Below are positions 18,048 through 26,942 of a stretch of 64,000 nt of DNA, one piece after another. Location: positions 1-64,000 of the IMG/VR virus record IMGVR_UViG_3300026161_000447. The stretch is one strand, 5' to 3'. This stretch comes from a virus (taxonomy: Duplodnaviria; Caudoviricetes). The translations under genes and the position numbers were made by a program. How positions within the stretch are numbered: the first letter of the stretch is position 1; each line of letters begins with the position of its first letter. Under the pieces are notes generated by a model, which was given only the letters and a program-made list of their open reading frames with translations, was not told the origin of the DNA and did not search any database.

Positions 18048-19691
18048 TCAGTCCTCGATGCCCTGCCGGAACGATCTGAACCGTTGCGCGAGCCACGCCT
18101 TCCGCTCCGCCGCCTGGGCGTCTTTCGCAGACTTGTCCATCGGCGGCTCTTCCTCTGGGTCCCAGGGCCGAACCTCGATTTCCTGTTCGACGCCCGTGTC
18201 GGCGTTGATCGCCTTGATCCTGCCCACCGGGTGCTTGATGTCGGACGGCATCGGCCCCCGGTACTGCCACAGGCCGAGCTGCGCGTGCATCGCCAATGAC
18301 AACGACCAGAAGCGGTCGGCGTGCCCGAGCTCGTCGTCGCGGTCGCCGCTGAAGACGATGTTGTTTGCCGCCGTGACGATCCGCCGTACGCTGTGCAGGT
18401 CCCTCTGGAGGTCGCGGTCTGGGGGAATGACCACCGCCTGGGACTGGAACTGCTGGCGCATCGCCGTCGCCAGTTCGGCCTTCGAGGGCGCGGTCATGGT
18501 CAGGCCGCGCCACTTGATGCTGTGTGAGTGGAGGTTTTCGGCAAGCTGCATGCCCATGCCGGTCTCGTCAATGCAGCCCATGCGGATGATGGGCGTGACG
18601 TCCTTGAGCAAGGCCTCCTGGTCGGCGAAGCGCGTCTGGGGCAGGATGAGAATCGCGAAGCAGACGAAGACGCCGCCCACCAGTTCCAAGAGCGTCAGCA
18701 CGGCCAGGTCCGACTTGCGCGCCACGTCGTAGCCCGCGTAGACCGGCCCGCTGGCCTGACGCGCCAGGAGCTTCGGCAACGCCTGTAGCGCCTCATCGTA
18801 GCTGTTGGCGACGACGTAGTTCATCTCGCCGTCGCCCGTGCAGCCGACGATCTCCTCCCACTTGAGCCACGAGAGGTTGTCGTCGGCATACGCCAGCTCG
18901 AACTCAACCTGGAACGACTCGAGCGGCATGTTCCGATAGAGGAACATGAGGCGCTCGCTACCGAAGCGCTCCACGCGCTCCTGGGTCTGCATACCAGGAG
19001 CGGCTTCCCGTGCGGTGGCGATGTCCGTGCACATGCCCCGCACATGCCACCACGGCACCCACATGCGCACGTAGTCCGGGTACTTCGCGGGCTCTTCCAT
19101 CAGCTCGTAGTGGAAGCCCCCGAGGACCCATGGCGACGACCCGCAGACGATTGAGCCCTTGCGGGTGATGCCCGGCACCGCCGCGTTGTAGATGAGCTGC
19201 GGCTTCTGGTAGTGCGCCACCTCGTCGAGACGGTGATTTGCTCCCGGACGGCCGCGGGGAGGGGTGCAGGCGTGGCTGCGGATACGGCTGCCGGTCGTTG
19301 TCTCGAGTTCCCCGCGGTTGTCGGTGGACCACTTGGCCACCCGGACGTCCGGGTGCAGGCATTCGTTGATCTGCCGGGCGTACCTGATCTTCTCCTCAGC
19401 CTCGTCTTTGTTGATCGAGACGATGTTCGTCAGGCTGCCGGGAACGAGGACAGCGCGCGCTATCGCCTCGGCGGCGAGGAGAAAGCTGAAACCGCACTGC
19501 CGGGTTTTCGTGATGGCTAGTGGCGGTTGCTTGCCCTTGCGACAGAGGTTCAGGTAGTCAAGCTGGAAGTCTTCCCAGGTGGCCTGCTCGTCGCCCGTTG
19601 CGCCCTCAAGGTCCAGGAGGTTCTCGACCAGGAACTTGCAGATGGCGCTTTGCGCCCGGCCGTGTGCCGCCAGGAGTTCCTCGTCGGTCAC
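18048..19691 (-). CDS. terL: Terminase large subunit
   Basis: ITKTRQCGFS (Walker A), RLDEVAH (Walker B), AGYDVARKSD and HADRFWS (RNase H-like nuclease). Confidence 0.93.
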   Translation of the reverse strand: MTDEELLAAHGRAQSAICKFLVENLLDLEGATGDEQATWEDFQLDYLNLCRKGKQPPLAITKTRQCGFSFLLAAEAIARAVLVPGSLTNIVSINKDEAEEKIRYARQINECLHPDVRVAKWSTDNRGELETTTGSRIRSHACTPPRGRPGANHRLDEVAHYQKPQLIYNAAVPGITRKGSIVCGSSPWVLGGFHYELMEEPAKYPDYVRMWVPWWHVRGMCTDIATAREAAPGMQTQERVERFGSERLMFLYRNMPLESFQVEFELAYADDNLSWLKWEEIVGCTGDGEMNYVVANSYDEALQALPKLLARQASGPVYAGYDVARKSDLAVLTLLELVGGVFVCFAILILPQTRFADQEALLKDVTPIIRMGCIDETGMGMQLAENLHSHSIKWRGLTMTAPSKAELATAMRQQFQSQAVVIPPDRDLQRDLHSVRRIVTAANNIVFSGDRDDELGHADRFWSLSLAMHAQLGLWQYRGPMPSDIKHPVGRIKAINADTGVEQEIEVRPWDPEEEPPMDKSAKDAQAAERKAWLAQRFRSFRQGIED

Positions 19692-20161
19692 TGTTCGTCC
19701 GGGTCCTTGTAGTGGCTCAGGATGAGCTTGCGGCGAGAGTAGGTTTCCTCCACCACGCCCTCCTCGGCAGTGCTCACGATCTGCCGGCTGAGCTCCTGGT
19801 GGCGCTTGTCCATCATGATCCCGAAGGTGATGGCCTCGGTCTTGCGTCCGATGGGGTCTTTGGCGCCACCGATGGCGTCAAGCTGGGCCAAGAGCGTCGC
19901 ATGGACTTTGTTGTCGAGCTCCACCTGCTGCTCCAGCAGACGCTTCGCGCGCTCTTCGGGAGCCTGCTCGGCAGCGATGGCCGCCGCCTGCCTGCGGACG
20001 TCCTCGCGGTAGTCCAGCCAGTGCTCGGCGCCCGCGTGACGCCTCAGCGTGCTCAGGGAGAGCCCCTGCGAGGTCGCGAAGTCCTTCAGCGTCATGTCGC
20101 ACTGGCCGAACTGGACCTTCAGGCCCTCCCAGTCTGTCTTCGCGTCGTCGGCCTTTCCCAT
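19688..20161 (-). CDS. Terminase small subunit (putative)
   Basis: N-terminal HTH (TLKDFATSQGLSLSTLRRHAGAEHW). Coupled to terL. Confidence 0.7.
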   Translation of the reverse strand: MGKADDAKTDWEGLKVQFGQCDMTLKDFATSQGLSLSTLRRHAGAEHWLDYREDVRRQAAAIAAEQAPEERAKRLLEQQVELDNKVHATLLAQLDAIGGAKDPIGRKTEAITFGIMMDKRHQELSRQIVSTAEEGVVEETYSRRKLILSHYKDPDEQ

Positions 20162-20166
20162 TGCAG

Positions 20167-20403
20167 TCAGTCCATGCTGTCGCGGCGGCGATTGCGCATC
20201 AGAAGCTCGATCTCGTGCTGGTGACGCTCCGCCGAGAGTTCCTCGCGTGTTCGGGGGACGAGCTCGTGGTCTCCGGTGAGGCAAGCCTCATACTCGGCGG
20301 GGACGCTGACAGACGGCGGGCTCTCATCGGGCTCGTCGAGGATGGCGTCGACTTCGGCGACGAGTTCCTCGAGGCCCCGGGCGATCTCGCGGAGTGTCGG
20401 CAT
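20167..20403 (-). CDS. Hypothetical protein (78 aa), first gene of the late operon
   Basis: ORF between the structured leader and the small terminase gene. Confidence 0.55.
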   Translation of the reverse strand: MPTLREIARGLEELVAEVDAILDEPDESPPSVSVPAEYEACLTGDHELVPRTREELSAERHQHEIELLMRNRRRDSMD

Positions 20404-20648
20404 CGGCTCACCACCACCAGAACTGCCAAAGCCCCCGGCCGTGATGACCGGTGGCTGGGTATGCGCCCCGCCCGGCGAAGGGCGGGGTCGAGGAGGAACG
20501 GCTGACGGCTGCCCGGTGCGGTGGGCAATGTGGAGGCGTCCCGTGTATACGGCTACGGTCCGTGACGGCGCCCGCGGGGTTGCGGGCAGAACTACAACGT
20601 GCCCACGCCGGTAACCGGGTAGGCACGATGATAGCTCAGGCTGCGGGG

Positions 20649-20676
20649 ATTATACCCAGTTACGCGGCCTTGTCAA
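20649..20676 (-). promoter_or_regulatory. Consensus sigma70-type promoter for the packaging/head operon
   Basis: TTGACA (20676-20671), 16-nt spacer, TATAAT (20654-20649). Confidence 0.8.
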
Positions 20677-21133
20677 CACCGGGCGCCTCGTCATCATCAT
20701 CCGGCCACCCTCGTTCGTCGGCTTCCAAGGCCCTGCGAAGGGCCTTCTCCGCAATGTTGACGGCCAAGCAGAGGTTCATGAGCCGCTGTGCCATGCCGTC
20801 ACCGGGAATGCCCTGGTCGCGCTCAAAGCCGCTCTGGGACTCCCGTGACGACAGTAGGTCACCGGCGCGGATACCCAGGATCGTGTCCACTCGGTCGGCC
20901 AGCTTGTCGGCCGTCTTCGCCAGGCGTTTGGCGGCCTTGACGGCGTCGGCGGCCGTGGTCAGCATGCGGGCAACGCCTGGCGCCTTTGCCTGGCGCCTCT
21001 CGCGCTTGCGTCGTTGCCACTCGTGGTCGGTGAGGCCCTCGCGCAGCCTCGGTCCCACTGTCGGCGCCCTCTCAAACTCCCCCAGCCTGTTCGGGTCCCG
21101 CAGTTGGCGGTCGGTGTCGGGGTCGCGCCGCAT
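20660..21133 (-). CDS. Hypothetical protein (157 aa)
   Basis: GGAGG SD before ATG at 21133. Its 3' end overlaps the late promoter. Confidence 0.65.
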   Translation of the reverse strand: MRRDPDTDRQLRDPNRLGEFERAPTVGPRLREGLTDHEWQRRKRERRQAKAPGVARMLTTAADAVKAAKRLAKTADKLADRVDTILGIRAGDLLSSRESQSGFERDQGIPGDGMAQRLMNLCLAVNIAEKALRRALEADERGWPDDDDEAPGVDKAA

Positions 21134-21144
21134 GGCCTGCCTCC

Positions 21145-21357
21145 CTATGCTGCGTTCTGCCGGCTCTCGTCGTCGCCGGCTCCATCTGCATCGTCTGCGC
21201 TTGCGGAAGGGGCGGGCATGCGCGATCCCTCCTTGTAGTGCGGGCAGTCCGTGCCACATCCGTCCTCCCTGGTGGGCTTCCTGATCTGCCGCACTGGGCA
21301 ATAGGGCATCCGCAGCCTCCCCCGGAGCATCAGGTACCGGCAGCTTACCTCTGCCAT
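21145..21357 (-). CDS. Small Cys-containing hypothetical protein
   Basis: SD-preceded ATG, four cysteines, ends NAA. Confidence 0.5.
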   Translation of the reverse strand: MAEVSCRYLMLRGRLRMPYCPVRQIRKPTREDGCGTDCPHYKEGSRMPAPSASADDADGAGDDESRQNAA

Positions 21358-21369
21358 GGTCGTTCCCCC

Positions 21370-21654
21370 TCAGGCGGCCTTCGCACGGACGTCCAGCATG
21401 GGCTCAAATGACTGGCTGCGGATGTGGATGTAGCCGTACAGCACGCCCGTCTTGCCGTGCACCCTCAGCACACCGGGCCGGTCGATGAACACGTACGCCT
21501 GTTGTGGCAACTTCGCCAGCACCCAACAGAGCCTGGACCACTTGTGGTTGAGACCATAGGCCTTCAGTGCAGCGCGGAGGGCGGCGACTGTCCGCGGCCT
21601 GGTCTCCGCACCCTCGACATCGAGTTCATCGGTTTGGGACTTACTCGTCGCCAT
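21370..21654 (-). CDS. Hypothetical protein (94 aa)
   Basis: AGGAAGG SD before ATG at 21654. Operon-coupled. Confidence 0.55.
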   Translation of the reverse strand: MATSKSQTDELDVEGAETRPRTVAALRAALKAYGLNHKWSRLCWVLAKLPQQAYVFIDRPGVLRVHGKTGVLYGYIHIRSQSFEPMLDVRAKAA

Positions 21655-22177
21655 TGGCGTGTGCCTTCCTTCTTGCCAGCTTTCCCTGCAGGAATTCTTG
21701 CCATGCACAGGCAAGGCAATGCTGGGCCGTGAACTCGTCGACCCAGTCGCCGAGGAGGGCAACGGCCTCCCGCGACGAGATCGGCAGGCACCTGTCGAGC
21801 GCCGTGGGCGCTGGCATTGGCATCTTGGTCTCTGCCGCGCGCTTGCCGGTTGTGAGCGAGAAGCTCTTGACGCTGTAGCTCCTGCCGTCCACGGGCTCCG
21901 GCCTCCTCGGCAGCACGGGCTCAAGCCGCCCACGATTGCCAACCTTGAGGCCCAAACCCCCGGTCTGCTCGAGTCCCCCCAAGGCCAGGGCCGTCGCGGC
22001 CTTCCCGCGCTCCCATTCCTGGAGGATCTCCAGCAGTTGCGGTTCACACTGGACCTCCAGCGTGAGCTTCAGCCCGCACTCGCGCCTCATGCGCAATCGC
22101 ATGCTCGTCTCGCCGGCTGCCGGCAGTACGAGCTCGCAGCCGTCCGCGCCGCTCACTACGTCAGGCAGCTTGTCCAT
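21641..22177 (-). CDS. Hypothetical protein
   Basis: GGAGG SD before ATG at 22177. Operon-coupled. Confidence 0.55.
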   Translation of the reverse strand: MDKLPDVVSGADGCELVLPAAGETSMRLRMRRECGLKLTLEVQCEPQLLEILQEWERGKAATALALGGLEQTGGLGLKVGNRGRLEPVLPRRPEPVDGRSYSVKSFSLTTGKRAAETKMPMPAPTALDRCLPISSREAVALLGDWVDEFTAQHCLACAWQEFLQGKLARRKAHANGDE

Positions 22178-22179
22178 GC

Positions 22180-22455
22180 TCAGCCTCCCACTCCCGGCGC
22201 GCGCACCTTTGCCCACTGAATTGTGACATACTCGAATACTGCGCCTACCGCCAGCCTCCGGATCACGTACTCAGTCTCCGGGAGCTGGACGGCAGTCTCG
22301 AGGTTGATCCCGTCGCGCCTGCCAAACGTCTCCTCGGTACCATCTGGCCAGACAACGGTGGCCTCGGTGGCTATGACGTAGATGCCATCGAGCGGGTCTG
22401 TCAGCTCCTGCTTGACGTAAACCACGAACTCGTTGCCCGGTGTCTCAGACGGCAT
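22180..22455 (-). CDS. Hypothetical protein (91 aa)
   Basis: Globular-looking composition, fills the gap between neighbours. Confidence 0.6.
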   Translation of the reverse strand: MPSETPGNEFVVYVKQELTDPLDGIYVIATEATVVWPDGTEETFGRRDGINLETAVQLPETEYVIRRLAVGAVFEYVTIQWAKVRAPGVGG

Positions 22456-22457
22456 GC

Positions 22458-22994
22458 TCAGCCTCCAGCTCCTTGCGGGGCGTCGGTGTACTTGAATTCA
22501 ATGGCCTCCATGGTACCCAGCTCACGGGCGAACGATACCAGGGACCGCATGTCGTTGAGGACGGATGGGTGTGGCGGCGTGACTGCCATCGTCTCGAGTC
22601 CCTTGCGCATCAGGTCTCGCACTTGGGGATCGATGCCGCAACCTGCCTCGCGCAGGAGGGCGTTACTCACCTCAACGGCCGCCCCCACCAAGTTCCGGGT
22701 GGGATGCCAGAAGACGCGAACACCCGCCGACATACCCTCAGCCAACACGAGCGGAGCGTCTGCGATGACCGAGGTGTCGAAGTCGCCCACCCACCCCGTG
22801 AACGGCCTCAGGTGCGCCACGCGAGAGCCGTAGCGTGCCGTCACACCCGCTATGCGCCAGAAGACAACCCACCATCGGCTCTCCCGAACTCCAGTTGAGA
22901 AGCGGAACATGGAGTCTGCCCTCGCATCTGGCGGTTTCAGTCCCCACATGAGCGCGATCTGGAGCAGGTCAAGGAAGCTCAGCCTGTCAGGCAT
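22458..22994 (-). CDS. Hypothetical protein
   Basis: GGAGG SD before ATG at 22994 (MPDRLSFLDLLQ). Confidence 0.6.
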   Translation of the reverse strand: MPDRLSFLDLLQIALMWGLKPPDARADSMFRFSTGVRESRWWVVFWRIAGVTARYGSRVAHLRPFTGWVGDFDTSVIADAPLVLAEGMSAGVRVFWHPTRNLVGAAVEVSNALLREAGCGIDPQVRDLMRKGLETMAVTPPHPSVLNDMRSLVSFARELGTMEAIEFKYTDAPQGAGG

Positions 22995-23356
22995 GTTCAC
23001 CCTCCCGCGAGACCACGATGTGCTCTGTCGCTGCCGTCCGTAGCCTTGGCCTCCTTCAGCAGTGCGAAGAGCCGTGGCTCCAGTCGGCGGAGTTCCATCC
23101 ACGTTGGGCGTCTCCCGAGGCGTCTGCCGAAACAGCTCGGCTGCCCCTGCGCCAGTATTCCGGCCCCTGAGACCGTCCTCAGTTCAGACTTACCCACCTT
23201 TGCACCCCCGAAGCTATGCAGACCTGAGCGCTCGCAGGGAATGCCCCGTCCTGAAGCCCTGTGGCACCACGTTCTCTCCGCAGGGCCACTTCCGCCCCAC
23301 CCATCGGAAACGCCCTTTCGGGCGCTCAGGGGCGCTACTTTACATAAGTCAGCGCA

Positions 23357-23809
23357 TTATGCTGCCTCTGGCGTCTCAACGCCAGTCAGCGCGATCAGCT
23401 CAGGGCAGGAGCGGTCCCCCTCGTCGTCCTCAAACACACACAGCGCCTCGGCGCCGAGAAACCTGAACTTGAACTGGTTCAGCGTCACGATCACAGGAAC
23501 CCCGGACAGCCGCACCATCACCAGCGCGTCGCCGATCTCGGCATGTACCGGCACGTAGACCGCGAAGGCAAGCAGCGAGTGCTTCTCCGCCTGCTCGAGC
23601 GCATCCCGCAGAAGCGTCCACAGCCCCCGCGGCCCCGCCGGCCAGGCCTTTGACTTCACCTCCCCAATCCACGTCCGGCCCTCGCTGTCCTCCACGTGGA
23701 TGTCGTGGTCTTCCTTCCAGTCCCTGGCCGCCTGCTCGCCCGCCAAGTAGCGCACGACGCGCGTCTCTACGCGCTTGCTTCTCACAAGCCGGCTCTTCCT
23801 CGTCGCCAT
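23357..23809 (-). CDS. PD-(D/E)xK nuclease, possibly a Holliday-junction resolvase
   Basis: N-terminal K..E.RV helix, then HDIHV...IGEVKS. Confidence 0.6.
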   Translation of the reverse strand: MATRKSRLVRSKRVETRVVRYLAGEQAARDWKEDHDIHVEDSEGRTWIGEVKSKAWPAGPRGLWTLLRDALEQAEKHSLLAFAVYVPVHAEIGDALVMVRLSGVPVIVTLNQFKFRFLGAEALCVFEDDEGDRSCPELIALTGVETPEAA

Positions 23810-23812
23810 GGT

Positions 23813-24562
23813 CTACGCCGCCTCCCCTACTGGGCCGTCCGTGGGCTCTGTCTCATCATGCCCCTCCGCCAGCTCCCCGAGTTCCTTGCCCGACATCTCC
23901 ACCAACCGCTCCGTCGCCCGCTCGAAGGCCGCGCCGTCCATCGTCACCGACTTGTCGCCGTAGCTGAGCGTTACGCTCGTGCCGTCCGCTATCTTGTCTG
24001 CTGCGCCGAGTATCTTCTCCAGTTCCCTCTCCCCGCGCTCGAGGTAGTCCTTGAGCCCCTCGGCGTCCAACCCTGGAAGCTGGAGCTGCATGGCCGCCGC
24101 CATCGTCCTGAGGCGGTTGCTGTACAGCCCGTGCCTCTCCACCACCCCCCAAAACTCCTGCAGGTCGTGGCCGACCACCGCCGGGCCGGGCTCACAGTGG
24201 CAGAGCTCGTGGTCGACCGTCGCCCACCGCTGCTCCTCCGTCATCGCCAACCACTCGCCGACGTTGACTTCGACCATGAAATGCGGGGCCTTCACCTCCG
24301 CCCCCAGCTCGGTGACGAGGACCTGCGTCTTCTCGTTGACGACGCTGACCTTCGCCGCGCAGACGGCGCCCTTCTCACGCAGCGTCTTGCTCGTCCACAG
24401 CCAGACGAAGCGCAAATCGTCCAACACGGTCCTGTGGCGTTCCACCTGCTCGCGAAGCTGCTTCTCGATCCACCGCGGCTCATCCGCAAGCACATAGACC
24501 ACCGTGTCCCCCCAGCCGTCGACCAGCTTCACGTCCTTCGCCTGCACGTAGTCAGGGGCCAT
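23813..24562 (-). CDS. Putative phage metallopeptidase
   Basis: VDHELCH (HExxH) followed by HDLQEFWGVVERHG. Confidence 0.75.
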   Translation of the reverse strand: MAPDYVQAKDVKLVDGWGDTVVYVLADEPRWIEKQLREQVERHRTVLDDLRFVWLWTSKTLREKGAVCAAKVSVVNEKTQVLVTELGAEVKAPHFMVEVNVGEWLAMTEEQRWATVDHELCHCEPGPAVVGHDLQEFWGVVERHGLYSNRLRTMAAAMQLQLPGLDAEGLKDYLERGERELEKILGAADKIADGTSVTLSYGDKSVTMDGAAFERATERLVEMSGKELGELAEGHDETEPTDGPVGEAA

Positions 24563-24683
24563 AAGTTTGGTTTTCCTTTCTTTTGGCGCCCGAGACGTAC
24601 CGTGTATCGCCGCCCCAGGCACCCAAAGTGTTCTGGTCACATTATGTAACCACGTTACGCAGCCCGCACGCTTCGCATCTCGT

Positions 24684-26942
24684 CTACGCAGCCCATGGGT
24701 CCTCACTCTCGTCTGGAGCAGCCGGTACTTCACCTGGCTCCAGGCCCTGCGTTTTTGCCATCTCCAGCATCTCCCACTGCTCTGGACCGTAGATACGCCT
24801 GCAGTCGAAATCCGCCTGGCACAGGGTTGGCTTGAACGGCCGCTTGTTCCTGCACTTGTCGCAGAAGATCAGCACTTCGCTCGACTGCTGCTGTTCATGC
24901 AGCGCGTCACCTGGCCTTCCGCGCTCGATCTCGACAACCAGGCTTGCCGCGTCTCTCCACCCCGTGGCGTGCTTCTCCGTGTGGCGCTTGTCCTGCTGTA
25001 TCGTGACCTGGCTGGGGACGATGATCGGTGCACCGATCTCCCCAGCGAGGTTGGCGATACGGTTTGCGCAGTCCTCAAGCCTCTGGGTGAAGTTGTCACC
25101 GTCTCCGCCTCGGACACGCTGTGCATAGTCAACAAGGACGAACAGCACCTGCTTCTCCATCGCGTGATTTCGGATGTCGATCTCCAGATCGCCGAGTTGG
25201 TTGATCCTGTCGCTTATCTTCAGCGGTAGCTCGGGCCATCGAGCGTATGCTCTCCCCAGTCGGCGGTCCATGCTATCGCCTTCCTTGCCCCACCTCATGC
25301 GCGCGCCCCCCTCGCTCACGAACCTCTCGGGCAGATAGCCGTCCCACTGCAGGAACCGTCGGAACACGCTGAACTCAGTGTCCTCCAGCAGGTACACGAG
25401 CCCAACGACGTCCTGTCGTCCGATGTAGGCCGCGGAGCTCTCGAACACACACTGGAGCGAGAGCGTTGTCTTCCCAAAGCCGCTCTGCCCCTTGACGAGC
25501 ACGAGCTGCTGGTCGGCGATCCCGCGTATCGCCTTATCGATCTCCCATATCCCCGTTCTCGCCCCGGACAGCTCGTATGGCTGGTACCTCAGCCGCTCCG
25601 AACGCTCGATATGGTCGACAGACCTGTCAAAGACCGGCTCAGCCGTGCGCGTCCCCTGCAGGTTTCCGACGATCTCCCGGAGCTGCACCTGCGCCGTCTC
25701 CAGGGCGCGCCTGCCCTCTTTGCTCGACGTCAGCCTCCGCCCCAGCTTCTGGACCTCGCGGGCCAATGCCGCCTCGCGCAAGGACAGGGCATGCTGTCTC
25801 AGCGTCGCCCTATCGGGCACCCTATCGGCGTAGAGCCTCAGCATTCCCGGTGACAGGTCTGGGAACCGCGTCTCGAGCCTTGCCGCTACCAGCGTGGCGT
25901 CAACAACCCCCGCCTCCGCCTGCAGCAGCCCGATGGTCTCGAAGATCGCCCTGTGCCCGGGGACCGAGAAGTCCGTCGCCCGGACGTTGACCAAGCACCA
26001 CGACCGCAGCACCCCGTCCCCCAGCATCGCGCCGACAACGAGGCGCTCCTGGTCTTCCAGCGCCGGTGACACCTCCTCCGGCTCATCCTCTGCCACAGGC
26101 ATCAGCTCAGCGTTCTCCAAGAGCTCTCCGATGTCGCCGGCGAAGTCCGCCGCGTCGCCTTTCTCCGGCGCTTCGGGCCACTTGACGACCAGTGGGCTAC
26201 AGCCCAGGTCCTGGAGAGCCGTACCCAGCTTGCGCATGTGGTCTCGGCCTGCCGGGTCGTTGTCTGCCCACAGGTAGACAGCGTGTCCCAACAGAGGCTC
26301 CAACCTCTCCCCAGTCGGAGTAGCACCCGCGCCATACGTGCCGACAGCCAAGTACCCCTGCGCCGTCACAGCATCACACGCTTTCTCACCCTCGGTGACG
26401 ATCACACTGCAGCTCTCGTCCGCCGCGATCAGCGCCGGCAGGTTGTACAATGGCAGCATGTTGACGCCGACTTCTCCCAGGCCCTTGCGCCCATTCCTCT
26501 CCCACCACATGCTCTTTCGGCCGTCCTCAAAGTCCAGCCTCACGTGCTCGGCAACGAGACGCCCGTCGGCCTCTCTCGCTCCCCAGCGCCTCTCCTGCAC
26601 CACCTTCCGCCTGCGCTCTGGTACATGGGTCGGAACGCTTGCCGGGTCGAGGCCGTAGACACTTGCCGCGAACTCCAATGCCGCCGGGAAGTCACAGCCG
26701 CGGACGCTCTGCACCAGGTCGAAGACATCACCGGCCTTTCCGTCGTCGCCGAAACGCTTCCACAGCCCCTGAAGCTTGCCGCCGATCAGCAGGCTCGCCT
26801 CAGTTTCGCTCCCATCGAAGCACCAGACGGACTGCGGGATCTTGCTCTTGCGCTCGTCGACCCTGAGCCCCAAGGCCGTGACGATGGGCATGGGGTCTCT
26901 GGCGAACGCCAGCTTGACGTCATCCGGCCCGCTTGTACTCAT
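24684..26942 (-). CDS. Primase (TOPRIM)-DnaB-like helicase fusion
   Basis: TOPRIM motifs VTEGEKAC and WADNDPAG. DnaB N-domain (ERLVVGAML, HRAIF). GQSGFGKT, LVDY and SQV helicase motifs. Confidence 0.85.
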   Translation of the reverse strand: MSTSGPDDVKLAFARDPMPIVTALGLRVDERKSKIPQSVWCFDGSETEASLLIGGKLQGLWKRFGDDGKAGDVFDLVQSVRGCDFPAALEFAASVYGLDPASVPTHVPERRRKVVQERRWGAREADGRLVAEHVRLDFEDGRKSMWWERNGRKGLGEVGVNMLPLYNLPALIAADESCSVIVTEGEKACDAVTAQGYLAVGTYGAGATPTGERLEPLLGHAVYLWADNDPAGRDHMRKLGTALQDLGCSPLVVKWPEAPEKGDAADFAGDIGELLENAELMPVAEDEPEEVSPALEDQERLVVGAMLGDGVLRSWCLVNVRATDFSVPGHRAIFETIGLLQAEAGVVDATLVAARLETRFPDLSPGMLRLYADRVPDRATLRQHALSLREAALAREVQKLGRRLTSSKEGRRALETAQVQLREIVGNLQGTRTAEPVFDRSVDHIERSERLRYQPYELSGARTGIWEIDKAIRGIADQQLVLVKGQSGFGKTTLSLQCVFESSAAYIGRQDVVGLVYLLEDTEFSVFRRFLQWDGYLPERFVSEGGARMRWGKEGDSMDRRLGRAYARWPELPLKISDRINQLGDLEIDIRNHAMEKQVLFVLVDYAQRVRGGDGDNFTQRLEDCANRIANLAGEIGAPIIVPSQVTIQQDKRHTEKHATGWRDAASLVVEIERGRPGDALHEQQQSSEVLIFCDKCRNKRPFKPTLCQADFDCRRIYGPEQWEMLEMAKTQGLEPGEVPAAPDESEDPWAA

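Noticed and set aside
15880-18732. 950-aa plus-strand ORF, and similar long antisense ORFs (1508-2425, 4985-6280, 31288-32910, 60590-63055)
   Set aside because: Shadow frames opposite well-supported genes. They are expected in high-GC DNA and have no motifs or SD.
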